Origin: Spirochaetia bacterium
Lineage (GTDB): Bacteria > Spirochaetota > Spirochaetia > SZUA-6 > Bin103
Direction: 5' to 3'
Assembly (NCBI GenBank): GCA_965203055.1
Contig: OZ241863.1
Span: forward strand, 2,944,001-3,008,000
Length of the DNA stretch: 64,000 bases
How positions within the stretch are numbered: the first letter of the stretch is position 1; each line of letters starts with the position of its first letter. Below are positions 19,803 through 29,481 of this stretch, piece by piece. The notes below the pieces were generated by a model. That model searched no databases. It was not told the origin of the DNA and worked only from the letters and a program-made list of their open reading frames with translations. The position numbers and the translations under genes were made by a program.

Positions 19803-21262
19803 AGGTTGAAGTCTTCATGGTCAAGGAGATGCGCTACCTTCCCCTTATCGTATCGGCGGTTGTCGGCATACTGCTGCTCACTACGTTGGCAGGTTGCCAG
19901 CAGGCGTCGCCCAGCGGCGCAAGGCCGGCCAATCCTCCTGCCCAACCTGCGAGTCCGCCGGCGGCCGAACCGGCAGCGGCGATCACGTGCGCGGACTCGG
20001 CGATCCGTCTGCTTGACCGCGGCGCCGGAATCCACGGCGCGATCGTATCCGACACGTTGCACCTGGGCGGGGCCACGACGCCGGTCACGTGCGCGGCGCC
20101 GGCGAACCAGTCCGTGGCCGGCGCGTTCGACCCGGCCGGGCGTGCGGCGTCATCTCATCAGTCCGAGTACTCCCTGATCGTGATTCGCTATCCCGCCGGC
20201 ACTCGGCTGTACATCATCAGCCGCCGCGCCGACGGCACCTCCTGCGTGGTCGATACCAACGACGCGTGCATTGCGGAAGTGTCCGACTTGCCGGACGGCT
20301 TCGACGTCGATGACCTGCCGGAGGACGTGCCTCCGATCATTCCCGCCGGCCGGACCGTGGTGGTGGAAGACCAGGCCAGGGCGCCGGCAGCGGCCGGCAA
20401 CCCGAATCCCCGCGACGGGGCGACCGGGGTGACGGTCGACGCGCCGGAGCTGCGCTGGACCGCGGGCGCGCGGACGGCCAGCTACGACCTCTACTGGGGG
20501 ACCGGGAGGAGCCTCGGCGCGGACGCTGCCCTGGGTACGCCGGTCCGCACTCGTTACACCGCCTGGACCATACGGAGGCCGGGCACGACCGCAGCCGACC
20601 GGAGGCTGGCAAGCGCCACGACGTACTACTGGCGGGTCGACGCGAAGAACGAGCACGGCACCACCAAGGGTACCGTGTGGTCGTTCACCACGACCGACGA
20701 TCCCGGCCCACAGCCGCCGCCGGGCGGTGGTGACCCGCCGCCGGTAACGCCGCCGCCGGCGGGCGGTGGTTACACGGCGATCACCATATCGATCGCCGAT
20801 CAAAGCGTTACCGAAGGCAACCGCGGCCGGTTGGTCTACACCTCCGGGTATACGGCGTCCACGTGGGTACCGTCTGAAGACCTGCATTGGCTCCCGGTGC
20901 GGTTGAGTCGGCCCACCCCCGAGGGGGAGCTCGTAGGATTTCAGTCGTCGGCCGGCACGGCGACGGCGGGTGATGATTACCAACTTCGCAGCGGGCAGCT
21001 GTACTTCAACCGCGGCTCTGCTTCGAAGACCCTGCATTTCGTCACGTGGGGCGACCTTGACGATGAGCCGAACGAGACGTTCACGGTGACCGTCACGCCG
21101 CCGAGTGACTGGACGTGCGCGAAGTGCACCGCGACCATCACCATCGTCGATGACGATTAGGAGCCTCGCCCCGCCAGCGAGGTGAGCGGGTTCCGGGAGG
21201 GGTCGGCCAAGGCCAAGCCCAAACCTGCCTGATGCCGAACCCGCGCCGCCTGGAACGAGCCC
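19803..21262 (+). repeat. Left arm of a ~1.45-kb imperfect inverted repeat
   Basis: Matches the reverse complement of 29482-30958, including the lipoprotein gene, its downstream spacer and the first 31 bp of the next ORF. Confidence 0.85.
19817..21160 (+). CDS. Lipoprotein with FN3-like and C-terminal Calx-beta domain, copy A
   Basis: Lipobox LAGC. PNP.DGA..V...L.W...SYDLYWG...TTYYWRVDAKN...G.VWSFTT (FN3-like), Pro/Gly linker, SVTEG...GTATAGDDY...GDLDDEPNETFTV...ATITIVDDD (Calx-beta). Confidence 0.8.
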   Translation: MVKEMRYLPLIVSAVVGILLLTTLAGCQQASPSGARPANPPAQPASPPAAEPAAAITCADSAIRLLDRGAGIHGAIVSDTLHLGGATTPVTCAAPANQSVAGAFDPAGRAASSHQSEYSLIVIRYPAGTRLYIISRRADGTSCVVDTNDACIAEVSDLPDGFDVDDLPEDVPPIIPAGRTVVVEDQARAPAAAGNPNPRDGATGVTVDAPELRWTAGARTASYDLYWGTGRSLGADAALGTPVRTRYTAWTIRRPGTTAADRRLASATTYYWRVDAKNEHGTTKGTVWSFTTTDDPGPQPPPGGGDPPPVTPPPAGGGYTAITISIADQSVTEGNRGRLVYTSGYTASTWVPSEDLHWLPVRLSRPTPEGELVGFQSSAGTATAGDDYQLRSGQLYFNRGSASKTLHFVTWGDLDDEPNETFTVTVTPPSDWTCAKCTATITIVDDD

Positions 21263-23388
21263 TGGTCCGCGCCATCCGCGCGGGCGCGGCGCTGGTGCTG
21301 CTGACGCCTCTGATCGTCACGCCGGCGACCGTCTACCCGTTCGTCGTCGGCAAGGCGCTCTATTCGCGGGCCGCCATCGAAGTGGTCGTCGGCCTGTACG
21401 CGGCGCTGGCGGCCCTGCGCCCCGCCTACGCGCCGCCGCGGCGGTCGCGGCTCCTGCTGGCGCTCGCCGCGGCCCTTGCGGCAGCGCTGGCCGCGGCGGT
21501 GCTGGGCGTCAGCCCCCGGCGCAGCCTGTGGTCCGATTACGAATCGATGCAGGGCGTCGTCGACGCGGCGCACTGGTTCGCGTTCACGGTCGTCATCGCC
21601 GCCACCTTCCGCACCGCGCGGGAGTGGCGCGCGCTGTTGAACGTCAACCTCGGCGTGGGCTCGGCGATCGCCCTGCTGGCGGTGGCCAGTTCATTGGCGG
21701 TGGACCTGCCGTTCTTCGGCTCCCTGCCGGAGTACCGGTACCCGCGAATCGCCACCGTGTTCGGCAACCCCCTCTATCTCGGCGCCTACATGCTGGTGAA
21801 CGCGGTGGTCGCCGGCGGGTTCCTGGCGCGGTCGTTTGCCGGCGCCGGCGGCGGCGCCCGGTTCAGGTGGGGCCGGCTCCGGTGGGGCGCGGCGGCCGCC
21901 CTCCACCTGTGGGCGTTCACCCTGGCCGGCTCGCTCGGCGCATTGGCGGGACTCATCGCCGCCGGCGGGTTCCTCGGCGCGGCGTACCTGTTGCTGGCGC
22001 GCGCCCGGGCCGCGCGGATCGCGGGCGCGGTCGCCGCGGCGCTGGCCGCCGCCGCGGCGACCGGCCTGGCACTGCCGCTCCTCGCCGGAGGCGGCCTGCC
22101 GGAGCGCGCCATCGACTCCTCCCTCAACCCGTTGCTGCAACGGATCGACCGCCTCAGCTTCTCGACCGGGACGCTGCAAGGCCGTCTGGCTGCCTGGCAG
22201 GCGGGTCTCGCAGGTTTCGCGGCGCGGCCGCTGCTGGGCTGGGGGCCCGACAACTTCGCGGTGGTGTTGGGCCGGTACGCCGCCGCCGCCGGCGATTCGA
22301 CCATTGCGTACGTAGGGTACGCGCACAGCAAGATCGTGGAGGAGGCCGCGACCAAGGGCCTGGCCGGCCTGGCGACCTATCTGGCGGTGTGGGCGGCGGC
22401 GCTGGCCGTCATCGCGCGCGCCGGCCGGCGCGCGGACCCGGGGGAGCAGGCGCTGGTACTGTTCACCGGCGCGGCGCTGGCCGGCGCCGGCGCGCAGATC
22501 CAGACGCTGTTCGACCACAGCGCCTCGTCCCTGCAATACGCGCTGCTGTTCGGCTTCGTCATCCACCTGGAGATTCGGCAGCGGGCCGCCCGCCGGCCCG
22601 CCGGCCCGCCGGTCCCCGCAGGCAACGGGCGCCGGCGGCCCTGGCGGCGCCGTGCGGGCGCCGGGACGCGCGCTGCGCTCGCGTTGGGCGTGTTGGCGTT
22701 GGCGGGGGCCGGCCTGGCGGCCAACCGCGCCATCTACTCGGCCGCGGTCGCGCTCAAGGACAGCTATGCCGCCGAGCACTACCCGGCCGCGGTGGAGCGC
22801 GCCATCGCCGCCTTCCCGCCGCTGGCGAACCTGCCGCGGCGGCTCTGGTTCCTGAGCCTGGCGAACCACTGGCAGGAGCTGCATGCCCGCGACCCCGCGG
22901 CGGCGCAGGAGATCCTGGCGCGGGCCGACGTCGAAGCGTCGGCCGCGGTCGCCGCCGAGCCGGAGAACTGGCTGATCCAACAGGCGCTGGCCTTGATGTA
23001 CCGCGCCGCGGCGTCCACCGAACCGGAGTACCGCGCCAAGGCCGAGCGCTTCTTCCGGCAGTCGCTGGAGCTGGCCCCCCACCGCGACCGGTTCGCCGCC
23101 CCGCAGGTCGATCCCTACGGCGCGCCGCGGCAGTTGCGGGTTCGCCGTCACGGACCCGGGAGCTACACGTTGACCTGGCGCAATCCCCCCGGCTATCGGG
23201 GGAAATTCGAGGTGCAGGAGCGGGTGGGCGACGCGCAACGGACCGCGGTCGTCGACGGCACCTGGCTCCCGCTGTCGGGCATGAGCCCCGGCATCTACTT
23301 CTATCGGGTGCGGGCCTGCGGGAGCGGCAACCGGTGCGGCCGGTGGGCGTCATGGCCGCCCATTCACGTCCCGGCGGGCGGCGGCTGA
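21232..23388 (+). CDS. O-antigen ligase / O-oligosaccharyltransferase-like (Wzy_C) membrane protein with helical and FN3-like C-terminal extension
   Basis: R..TVFGNP.YLGAY, GRLAAW..GL......PLLGWGPDNF, AHS......ATKGLAGL; C-terminal YTLTW...YFYRVRAC. Confidence 0.8.
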   Translation: MPNPRRLERALVRAIRAGAALVLLTPLIVTPATVYPFVVGKALYSRAAIEVVVGLYAALAALRPAYAPPRRSRLLLALAAALAAALAAAVLGVSPRRSLWSDYESMQGVVDAAHWFAFTVVIAATFRTAREWRALLNVNLGVGSAIALLAVASSLAVDLPFFGSLPEYRYPRIATVFGNPLYLGAYMLVNAVVAGGFLARSFAGAGGGARFRWGRLRWGAAAALHLWAFTLAGSLGALAGLIAAGGFLGAAYLLLARARAARIAGAVAAALAAAAATGLALPLLAGGGLPERAIDSSLNPLLQRIDRLSFSTGTLQGRLAAWQAGLAGFAARPLLGWGPDNFAVVLGRYAAAAGDSTIAYVGYAHSKIVEEAATKGLAGLATYLAVWAAALAVIARAGRRADPGEQALVLFTGAALAGAGAQIQTLFDHSASSLQYALLFGFVIHLEIRQRAARRPAGPPVPAGNGRRRPWRRRAGAGTRAALALGVLALAGAGLAANRAIYSAAVALKDSYAAEHYPAAVERAIAAFPPLANLPRRLWFLSLANHWQELHARDPAAAQEILARADVEASAAVAAEPENWLIQQALALMYRAAASTEPEYRAKAERFFRQSLELAPHRDRFAAPQVDPYGAPRQLRVRRHGPGSYTLTWRNPPGYRGKFEVQERVGDAQRTAVVDGTWLPLSGMSPGIYFYRVRACGSGNRCGRWASWPPIHVPAGGG

Positions 23389-25731
23389 CCGCCGGTTCGG
23401 CTCCGCGCCGGCCGGCACCGGGACCTCGACGCTCCAGAGCTGGCCCTGCCCGCTGATGAACTGGCCGGTGCGGAGGCCGGCGACCGCGTACTCCGGCAAC
23501 GGCGCCAGCGCCACGCACGCTTCGCCGAGCAGCGCTCCGTATTCCCGGTAATCGAAGCCCCGGTTCTCGAAGCCGTGCGGCCGGTCCTGCGGAGACAGGT
23601 CCTCCTCGTCCGCCGGAATCAGGTGCAGGAAGAACCGCTCCCGCAGGTCCTCCGCCGCGCACGGCTCCTTGTGGTACGCCAGCGCCCGGCCGTCGAGATA
23701 GAGGTCGAAGGCCGCGCGCGCGACCGGCGCTCCCCAGGCGCCGGAGCGGATCGCCGCGCGCGTTTGCCGGTAGCGCTGCGCGGTCGGCCCGGCCGCGAAC
23801 TCCACGCTCCAGAGCTGCCGCCCGCTCTGCCGAACGAATTGCCCGGTGCGGATGCCGGTGAGCTCGTAGTCGGGCAGCGTCACGGCCGCCAGGCAGGTCC
23901 CGCCGCGCCGCACGCCGCCCTCCCAGAAGTAGAAGTCGAAATTGCCGAACCCCTGTTCCCGCTGGTAGGCGGGCAGGTCGGCGGCGTCCGCCGGGAAGAG
24001 GTGCAGGAAGAACTTCTCCCGCAGGTCCTCCGGCGCGCACCCGTCCTTGACGTAGGTGAGCGTGGCGCCGTCGAGGTACAGGTCGAAGTGCGAGCTGGCG
24101 GCCGGGAATGCCGCCGCGGTCGTATCGTCGGCCAGCGACGGGTCGAGTCCGGTCACCGTGAAGATGACGTCGTGGTAGATGCGGCGCTCATATAGCACCG
24201 GCGAAAACGGAAATCTGCGGCGCTGGTCGGCCACCGAATCGCTGGTGATGACGTAGTACCGGTGCGCTGCCTCGGGCACCCCGTCGGTGAGGACGATTCT
24301 GCGCCGCTCGGCCGCGGGGAGTATGCGCAGATTGGCGCGGGCGAGCTGCAGGCCCCAGCCGTTCGCGGCGACGACGTGGATCGTTGCGTGCGGATCATAC
24401 CGGAGCAGATACTCCAGCCCTTCGCGGTACTCGGTTCCCCAATACATCACCTGATAGCGGTCGCTCAAGCGCTCCGGCGTGCGGCGGTCGACCAGGAAGT
24501 TGAAGTAGGCCTGCTGATAGGGATGCAGGCGCGCGAGGTCGACCGCCATGCCGGCCAGCGCCGCCGCGGCCAGCGCGTAGATTCCCTGCCGGAGCCAGCG
24601 CCGCGGCGCCGCGGCCAGCAGCCGGCGCAGGCCGTAGACCGCCAGCAGGCACGACGGCGCGGCCAGGAAGTACATCTGCCGCCAGCCGTTGTAGAGGTTG
24701 GCGTTGACCGCGATGACGGCCGCCACCGGCAGCGCCAGACAGGCGGCCAGCAGCGCCCCGAAGCGGGTGACGGGCGTGTTGCGGAGGAGCTCGCGCGGGC
24801 GCGTCAGACCGCGTCCGAGTACGGCAACGATCCCGGTCAGGCTCAGCAGCAGCGCCGCCGGCGGCGTGGTGATCGCCATCCAGGTCGGCAGGTAGTGCGG
24901 CGGAATCTCCGGCGCGCGCACCACCTCGCCCTGAAACAGCGTCGCAATGCGGACCGGGTGGCGCGCCAGCGTGACGACGGCGTCGATCAGCTCCAGCGGG
25001 TTGCGCCAGAGATAGGGGGAGACCGCGTACAGGGTCGCCGCCGCGGCCAGCAGGAACGCGCCGCCGGTCGCCAGCGCCCGCCGCCGCTCCGCCGGCCCGC
25101 CCGCCTGCAGCAGATCGAGCGCCCGCAGCGCCGGCACCGCCGCGCACAGCAGCAGGCCCATGATCCGCAGGTTGACCAGCACGCCCACGCCCAGCCCGCA
25201 GAGCGCGAACGCGCCGGCGGTGTCGCGGCGGAAGGCGCGCTGCGTCAGGTAGAGGGCGATCATGAACATGACCAGGAACGGGATGTCCTTGGTGTTGAAG
25301 AAGGAGTGGGCGTACAGGCGGGGCTGCAGCAGGAACAGCAGCAGGGCGAACAGCGCCAGGCGGCGGTCGCAGAACAGGCGATAGGTCAGCAGCCAGCAGA
25401 AGAAGCCGCCGGTGAGGAAGAACAGGTGGGTCAGCAGGTGGCGGCTGAGGTAGACGGCGCGGCTGTCGGTGAGGCCGAGCAGCCGCTCGACCAGGATCAG
25501 CGGCGCTTCGAACACGGCGCCGTAATACCGGTCATGGCGGTCCGGCAGGGCGCCGTCACCCAGCGCGTAGGCGATCACCGCCCGGCCGGTGCTGCGCTGC
25601 GCGGCCTCGTCCGACGCCGCGCCGTAGTCGTCCAGGAGGGCGGCGCCCAGCGCCGCGAACGCGATCAGCGCGATGAGCGCGTCACGCCACGGCAGCCGCC
25701 GCGCGGCGCACGGATGCGCCGCCGTCACCAC
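23350..25731 (-). CDS. GT-C type membrane glycosyltransferase paralog GT3
   Basis: Same architecture as GT1 with two C-terminal domains; 3' end overlaps the convergent ligase gene. Confidence 0.75.
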   Translation of the reverse strand: MVTAAHPCAARRLPWRDALIALIAFAALGAALLDDYGAASDEAAQRSTGRAVIAYALGDGALPDRHDRYYGAVFEAPLILVERLLGLTDSRAVYLSRHLLTHLFFLTGGFFCWLLTYRLFCDRRLALFALLLFLLQPRLYAHSFFNTKDIPFLVMFMIALYLTQRAFRRDTAGAFALCGLGVGVLVNLRIMGLLLCAAVPALRALDLLQAGGPAERRRALATGGAFLLAAAATLYAVSPYLWRNPLELIDAVVTLARHPVRIATLFQGEVVRAPEIPPHYLPTWMAITTPPAALLLSLTGIVAVLGRGLTRPRELLRNTPVTRFGALLAACLALPVAAVIAVNANLYNGWRQMYFLAAPSCLLAVYGLRRLLAAAPRRWLRQGIYALAAAALAGMAVDLARLHPYQQAYFNFLVDRRTPERLSDRYQVMYWGTEYREGLEYLLRYDPHATIHVVAANGWGLQLARANLRILPAAERRRIVLTDGVPEAAHRYYVITSDSVADQRRRFPFSPVLYERRIYHDVIFTVTGLDPSLADDTTAAAFPAASSHFDLYLDGATLTYVKDGCAPEDLREKFFLHLFPADAADLPAYQREQGFGNFDFYFWEGGVRRGGTCLAAVTLPDYELTGIRTGQFVRQSGRQLWSVEFAAGPTAQRYRQTRAAIRSGAWGAPVARAAFDLYLDGRALAYHKEPCAAEDLRERFFLHLIPADEEDLSPQDRPHGFENRGFDYREYGALLGEACVALAPLPEYAVAGLRTGQFISGQGQLWSVEVPVPAGAEPNRRSAAARRDVNGRP

Positions 25732-25794
25732 GGCGTCAGGCGCGGCGCGGCGCGCGCTCGCGCCGGCCGGGCGCCGCGCGGCTCACCGCCGGCC

Positions 25795-27714
25795 TCACGG
25801 CTCCGCTCCGCCGGCCTCACGGCCCGGCTCCGCCGCCGGCGCCTCGAGCTCCGCGGCCCAGAGCTCGCGCCCCGTATCTCTGACGAGCTGGCCGGTTCTG
25901 AGGCGGGCGATGGCGTAGTCCGGCAGCGTCACGGCTGCGAGACAGACGCCTTCCCAGAGCACTCCCTGCCACCAGAACTCGAAGTCGAGGGTGTCGAAGC
26001 CCCGCTCCCGGATGCCGGAGGCAAGATCGCCATCGGAGGCCAGCTCGTCCGCGGCGGCCGGGAAGACGTGCAGGAAGAAGCGCTCCCGGACATCCGCCCG
26101 GCCGCAAGGCTCCTTCGCGTACACCAGCCGGTCCCCGGCCAGATACAGGTCGAACACCTCGCCGGCGGCGCGCCGCCGGCCGGCCAGCGAGGCCTGCAGC
26201 GCGCGGAACTCGGCCAGCTCCTGCGCCAGGTAGTGATCGTCGTCGAACGGCTCGGGCGCCGCCGCCGGCGCGCGCACCATGGTCTCGCCCATGATCGACC
26301 CGATGCCGCCGTAGGCCCGGTACCGCCGCGGGAAATTGGGCCGCGGCACGTACCGTTGCCGGGTATCGACCCGGAACACTTCGTTGCCGGCCGCGTCCAC
26401 CTCGACCACGGTCAGCGGCAGGGAGTCGCTCACCCGGGTGGTGGCTCGCACGCCGAAGTTGATCAGCGTATTGCCGTTGCTCAGCCGGTAGGCGCTGCTC
26501 ATGGCCGGCGAGTAGATGTCCGGCGTCGGCCGGTATTCCCACACCTTCACCGCGGTGCCGGCCGCCTCGTCCAGCCGCAGCTCCAGCGCGCGCGAGTAGG
26601 CGCCGCCCTCGGCGTCGGGCCGCCCCCAGCCGTTGTCGAACAGCAGTACGTTGCCGTCGTCGAGCTGCGCCGCGGTGTGCGGCCCGTAGAACCGATCGTT
26701 CGGGTTCGGGAACCGGTAATCGCTGTCCGGCCCGTGCAGTTGCCATTCGATCGCCCGCAGGTCGGCGCTGAGCGAGATCACCTGATTGCGCACGCGGGAC
26801 GAGATGATGAGGTTGCCGCGCGGGCCGATGCTCACCGAGTTGAGGTGCGTCCACCTGACCGTGCCGAGTTGCTCCGCGCGTCGGGTCAAGTCGCGAATGT
26901 CCCAGAACTCCCCGGCGTCCCAGACCTGCTCGACCTGTCCGCGCGCGCGGTCCCAGACGCGCAGATCGTCGACCCTGAACTCGACCTCGTCGAAGACGAC
27001 CGATTCCCGGCTCAGGTAGATCACGCGGCCATCGGCGAGCGCGAGGACCTCATGGTGCGGAATCCCCGCGGCTCCGCCCCGCTCCAACCGGTCGACCACT
27101 TCTCCCAAGGGGGTGATCTCGATCAGACCCCTCCGGGGGTCCGTGAAGAGCAAGGCGCCGCCGGGCAACTGAGCGATGGCGCCGACCTGCAACGCCCGGA
27201 CAGCGGAGGCGCCGGACGCATCGTAGTACCAGACCGGCGCCCCCGTTTCATCCCGGAACAGGAGGTATGCGCGTCCGTCGCCGCGCAGGTAACCGGACAG
27301 GATGAGCGGCTGCGAGCTTCTGCCGCGCGCCTGCGTCGATATGGCGGCGAGGCGCCGCGGCAGCGGTCCGGTGGTGAACCGGCCGCCCGGCCCGGCGGCG
27401 CCTTCCGCCGCGGCGCCGTCCATTGCCGAGCCGTCAGCTGCCGAGCCGTCCACGACGAAGATGGTGTAGTCGTAGGTCGTCTCCGGGCGCAGCCTGACGA
27501 GCGGGATGACGTGCGCCGCGCCCCGCTCGCTCAGCGGCGTGCGGTAGCGCCCGGCCTGCGGGTGGTCGTACTCGACGTACACCCGCGCCGCGCCTGACAG
27601 CGCTACCCGCACCTCGACGATCAGCGCGTTGCGCGCGCTGACCGACGCGCCGTGGCGCAGGACCGCGGCGGCGTCCGCCGCCGGCGCCGGCGCGGCGGCG
27701 AGCGCGATCGACAC
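25795..27714 (-). CDS. Secreted arylsulfotransferase paralog 3
   Basis: PHHE, WTHLNSV, SSR, GPHTA motifs and C-terminal domain. Start uncertain; the signal peptide looks shortened. Confidence 0.75.
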   Translation of the reverse strand: MSIALAAAPAPAADAAAVLRHGASVSARNALIVEVRVALSGAARVYVEYDHPQAGRYRTPLSERGAAHVIPLVRLRPETTYDYTIFVVDGSAADGSAMDGAAAEGAAGPGGRFTTGPLPRRLAAISTQARGRSSQPLILSGYLRGDGRAYLLFRDETGAPVWYYDASGASAVRALQVGAIAQLPGGALLFTDPRRGLIEITPLGEVVDRLERGGAAGIPHHEVLALADGRVIYLSRESVVFDEVEFRVDDLRVWDRARGQVEQVWDAGEFWDIRDLTRRAEQLGTVRWTHLNSVSIGPRGNLIISSRVRNQVISLSADLRAIEWQLHGPDSDYRFPNPNDRFYGPHTAAQLDDGNVLLFDNGWGRPDAEGGAYSRALELRLDEAAGTAVKVWEYRPTPDIYSPAMSSAYRLSNGNTLINFGVRATTRVSDSLPLTVVEVDAAGNEVFRVDTRQRYVPRPNFPRRYRAYGGIGSIMGETMVRAPAAAPEPFDDDHYLAQELAEFRALQASLAGRRRAAGEVFDLYLAGDRLVYAKEPCGRADVRERFFLHVFPAAADELASDGDLASGIRERGFDTLDFEFWWQGVLWEGVCLAAVTLPDYAIARLRTGQLVRDTGRELWAAELEAPAAEPGREAGGAEP

Positions 27715-27853
27715 CGCCGCCAGAGTGAGGATCGAGCGCCGACGCGGCGCCGGCGCTCGAGCGGGGTCCCGGTGAGAACGGGGCGCCCGAATCGCTACCT
27801 GCCTTGGGGAATACGCCCGGCCGCCGACGGTTGGCCGCGCCGGCCAACCGCCA

Positions 27854-29407
27854 TCACCCTTCGCCTACCCGGACCCGAAGCTGCCTGCCGGACAGCGTGT
27901 CGCGCGCCCAAAACAGGTTCTGGTACCGGTCGTTGCCGCTTTCCGCCAGCACTGCGACGCCGGTCGCGGTGGTGCCTGTGGACGGCGCCGCCGCAAAGGT
28001 GACGGTGGGGGCCGAAGTATAGCCGCTCCCCCCGTTCGTGATCGTCACTGACGTAACCTCGGTTCTCAACGTCGCGGTGCCGACGGCCGTGGTGGCGCTG
28101 CCGCCGGACGGCGCTGCCGCAAAGGTGACGGTGGGGGCCGAGGTGTAGCCGCTCCCCGGGTTCGTGATCGTCACGTCCGCCACGTCATAGTTCATCACCG
28201 CGGTACCGATCGCCGTGGTGCCGCTGCGCGGTGGCGAAAAGTACACCGCGGGCGCCGAGGTATAGCCGCTCCCCCCGCTCGTGATCGTCACTCCGTCGAT
28301 CTTCTCGCGCAGCACCGCAACGCCGCGTGACCCGCCATCGGGATCGCCGCCGGCATTCGGGGCGAAGGTCACGGTGGGGGCCGAGGTGTAGCCGCTCCCC
28401 CGGTATCTGTCATCCCAATAGAACCCGACGCGGTCGACCTTGTCGCCGGAAAGGAACACGGTGACTATACTCGGCTTGGTCCCGCCCGGCCGCTGCGGTG
28501 CCGAGAATATGATCCGGGGCGTCGCGGTCCAGCCGCTCCCCGCCTCCGTGATCGTCACTGACTCGACTCTGTCGGGCCCAAACACGGTGCCGGCAGCCGT
28601 GGCGCCGCCGGCCGGCGGGGCCCCGAACGCGACGGTTGCGGTCGGGGTGTAGCCGGTCCCGCCGCTCGTGATCGACACCGACGCGACTTGACCGATTGCC
28701 ACTGCGGCGGCGGCAGCCGTGGTGCCGCCGGACGGCGCTGCCGCAAAGGTGACGGCGGGGGCCGAGGTGTAGCCGGCTCCCGGCGTCGTGACCCTCACGG
28801 ACGCGACTTGACCGGGCCCCGCCGCGGTGCCGGCGGCTGTGGCGCCGGCGGCCGGCGCGGCCCCGAACGTCACGGCCGGGGGCGCGGTGTAGCCGCTCCC
28901 GCGGTTCGTGATCCTGACCGACTCGACGTAGTCCAGCGCTTCCGTCTGATTCGGGGCGGTGAGCACGAGCACCACCGCTCCCGCACGGACTTCGAAGTCA
29001 ACCCTCCACTCCGCGCCGCTGAGATCGTTCTCGAAGCGCGGTGCGGTCGCCTTGTTCGTGAACGGCAGGTCGTGGCCGTCGATCGACACGGTCACCTTCT
29101 CGCCCTCGGCGCCGGTGATCCCGTCCCAGGCGAACGGCTTGGAACGGTTGGACGTTGCGATCAGGTTCGCGTCGTCATCGAAGGCGTCCTCCCCGATGGA
29201 CCAGATCTTCTCTGCCTGCTGTGTCTGCTGTGGCGGCGGGTCGGCCTCAGGCGGGGAGGCAGGCGAGGCAGGCGACGCCGGGGCGGCGGCGGTCGTTGCG
29301 GGTGGCCGCGCCGCCTGCGGGCACGCCGTCAGCGCGATGCCGGCGGCCACCGCGAGCGCCAGCATCGCTGCCGTCCGCTCCCTTACGCCCTTGGTTTCAG
29401 TCATCAT
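27854..29407 (-). CDS. Lipoprotein with eight ~40-aa V.SVTIT..GSGYTSAPTVTF repeats
   Basis: Lipobox LTAC, Pro/Ala linker, 8 tandem beta-rich repeats. The frame is also open from ATG 29512 (MPNPRRLERA). Confidence 0.75.
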   Translation of the reverse strand: MMTETKGVRERTAAMLALAVAAGIALTACPQAARPPATTAAAPASPASPASPPEADPPPQQTQQAEKIWSIGEDAFDDDANLIATSNRSKPFAWDGITGAEGEKVTVSIDGHDLPFTNKATAPRFENDLSGAEWRVDFEVRAGAVVLVLTAPNQTEALDYVESVRITNRGSGYTAPPAVTFGAAPAAGATAAGTAAGPGQVASVRVTTPGAGYTSAPAVTFAAAPSGGTTAAAAAVAIGQVASVSITSGGTGYTPTATVAFGAPPAGGATAAGTVFGPDRVESVTITEAGSGWTATPRIIFSAPQRPGGTKPSIVTVFLSGDKVDRVGFYWDDRYRGSGYTSAPTVTFAPNAGGDPDGGSRGVAVLREKIDGVTITSGGSGYTSAPAVYFSPPRSGTTAIGTAVMNYDVADVTITNPGSGYTSAPTVTFAAAPSGGSATTAVGTATLRTEVTSVTITNGGSGYTSAPTVTFAAAPSTGTTATGVAVLAESGNDRYQNLFWARDTLSGRQLRVRVGEG

Positions 29408-29481
29408 GACGGTTCCTAAGATAAGGTTACCTGATGGATAGCACCACTGTCGCCCACGACGCCCTCCCCCCAGGGCCTCCT

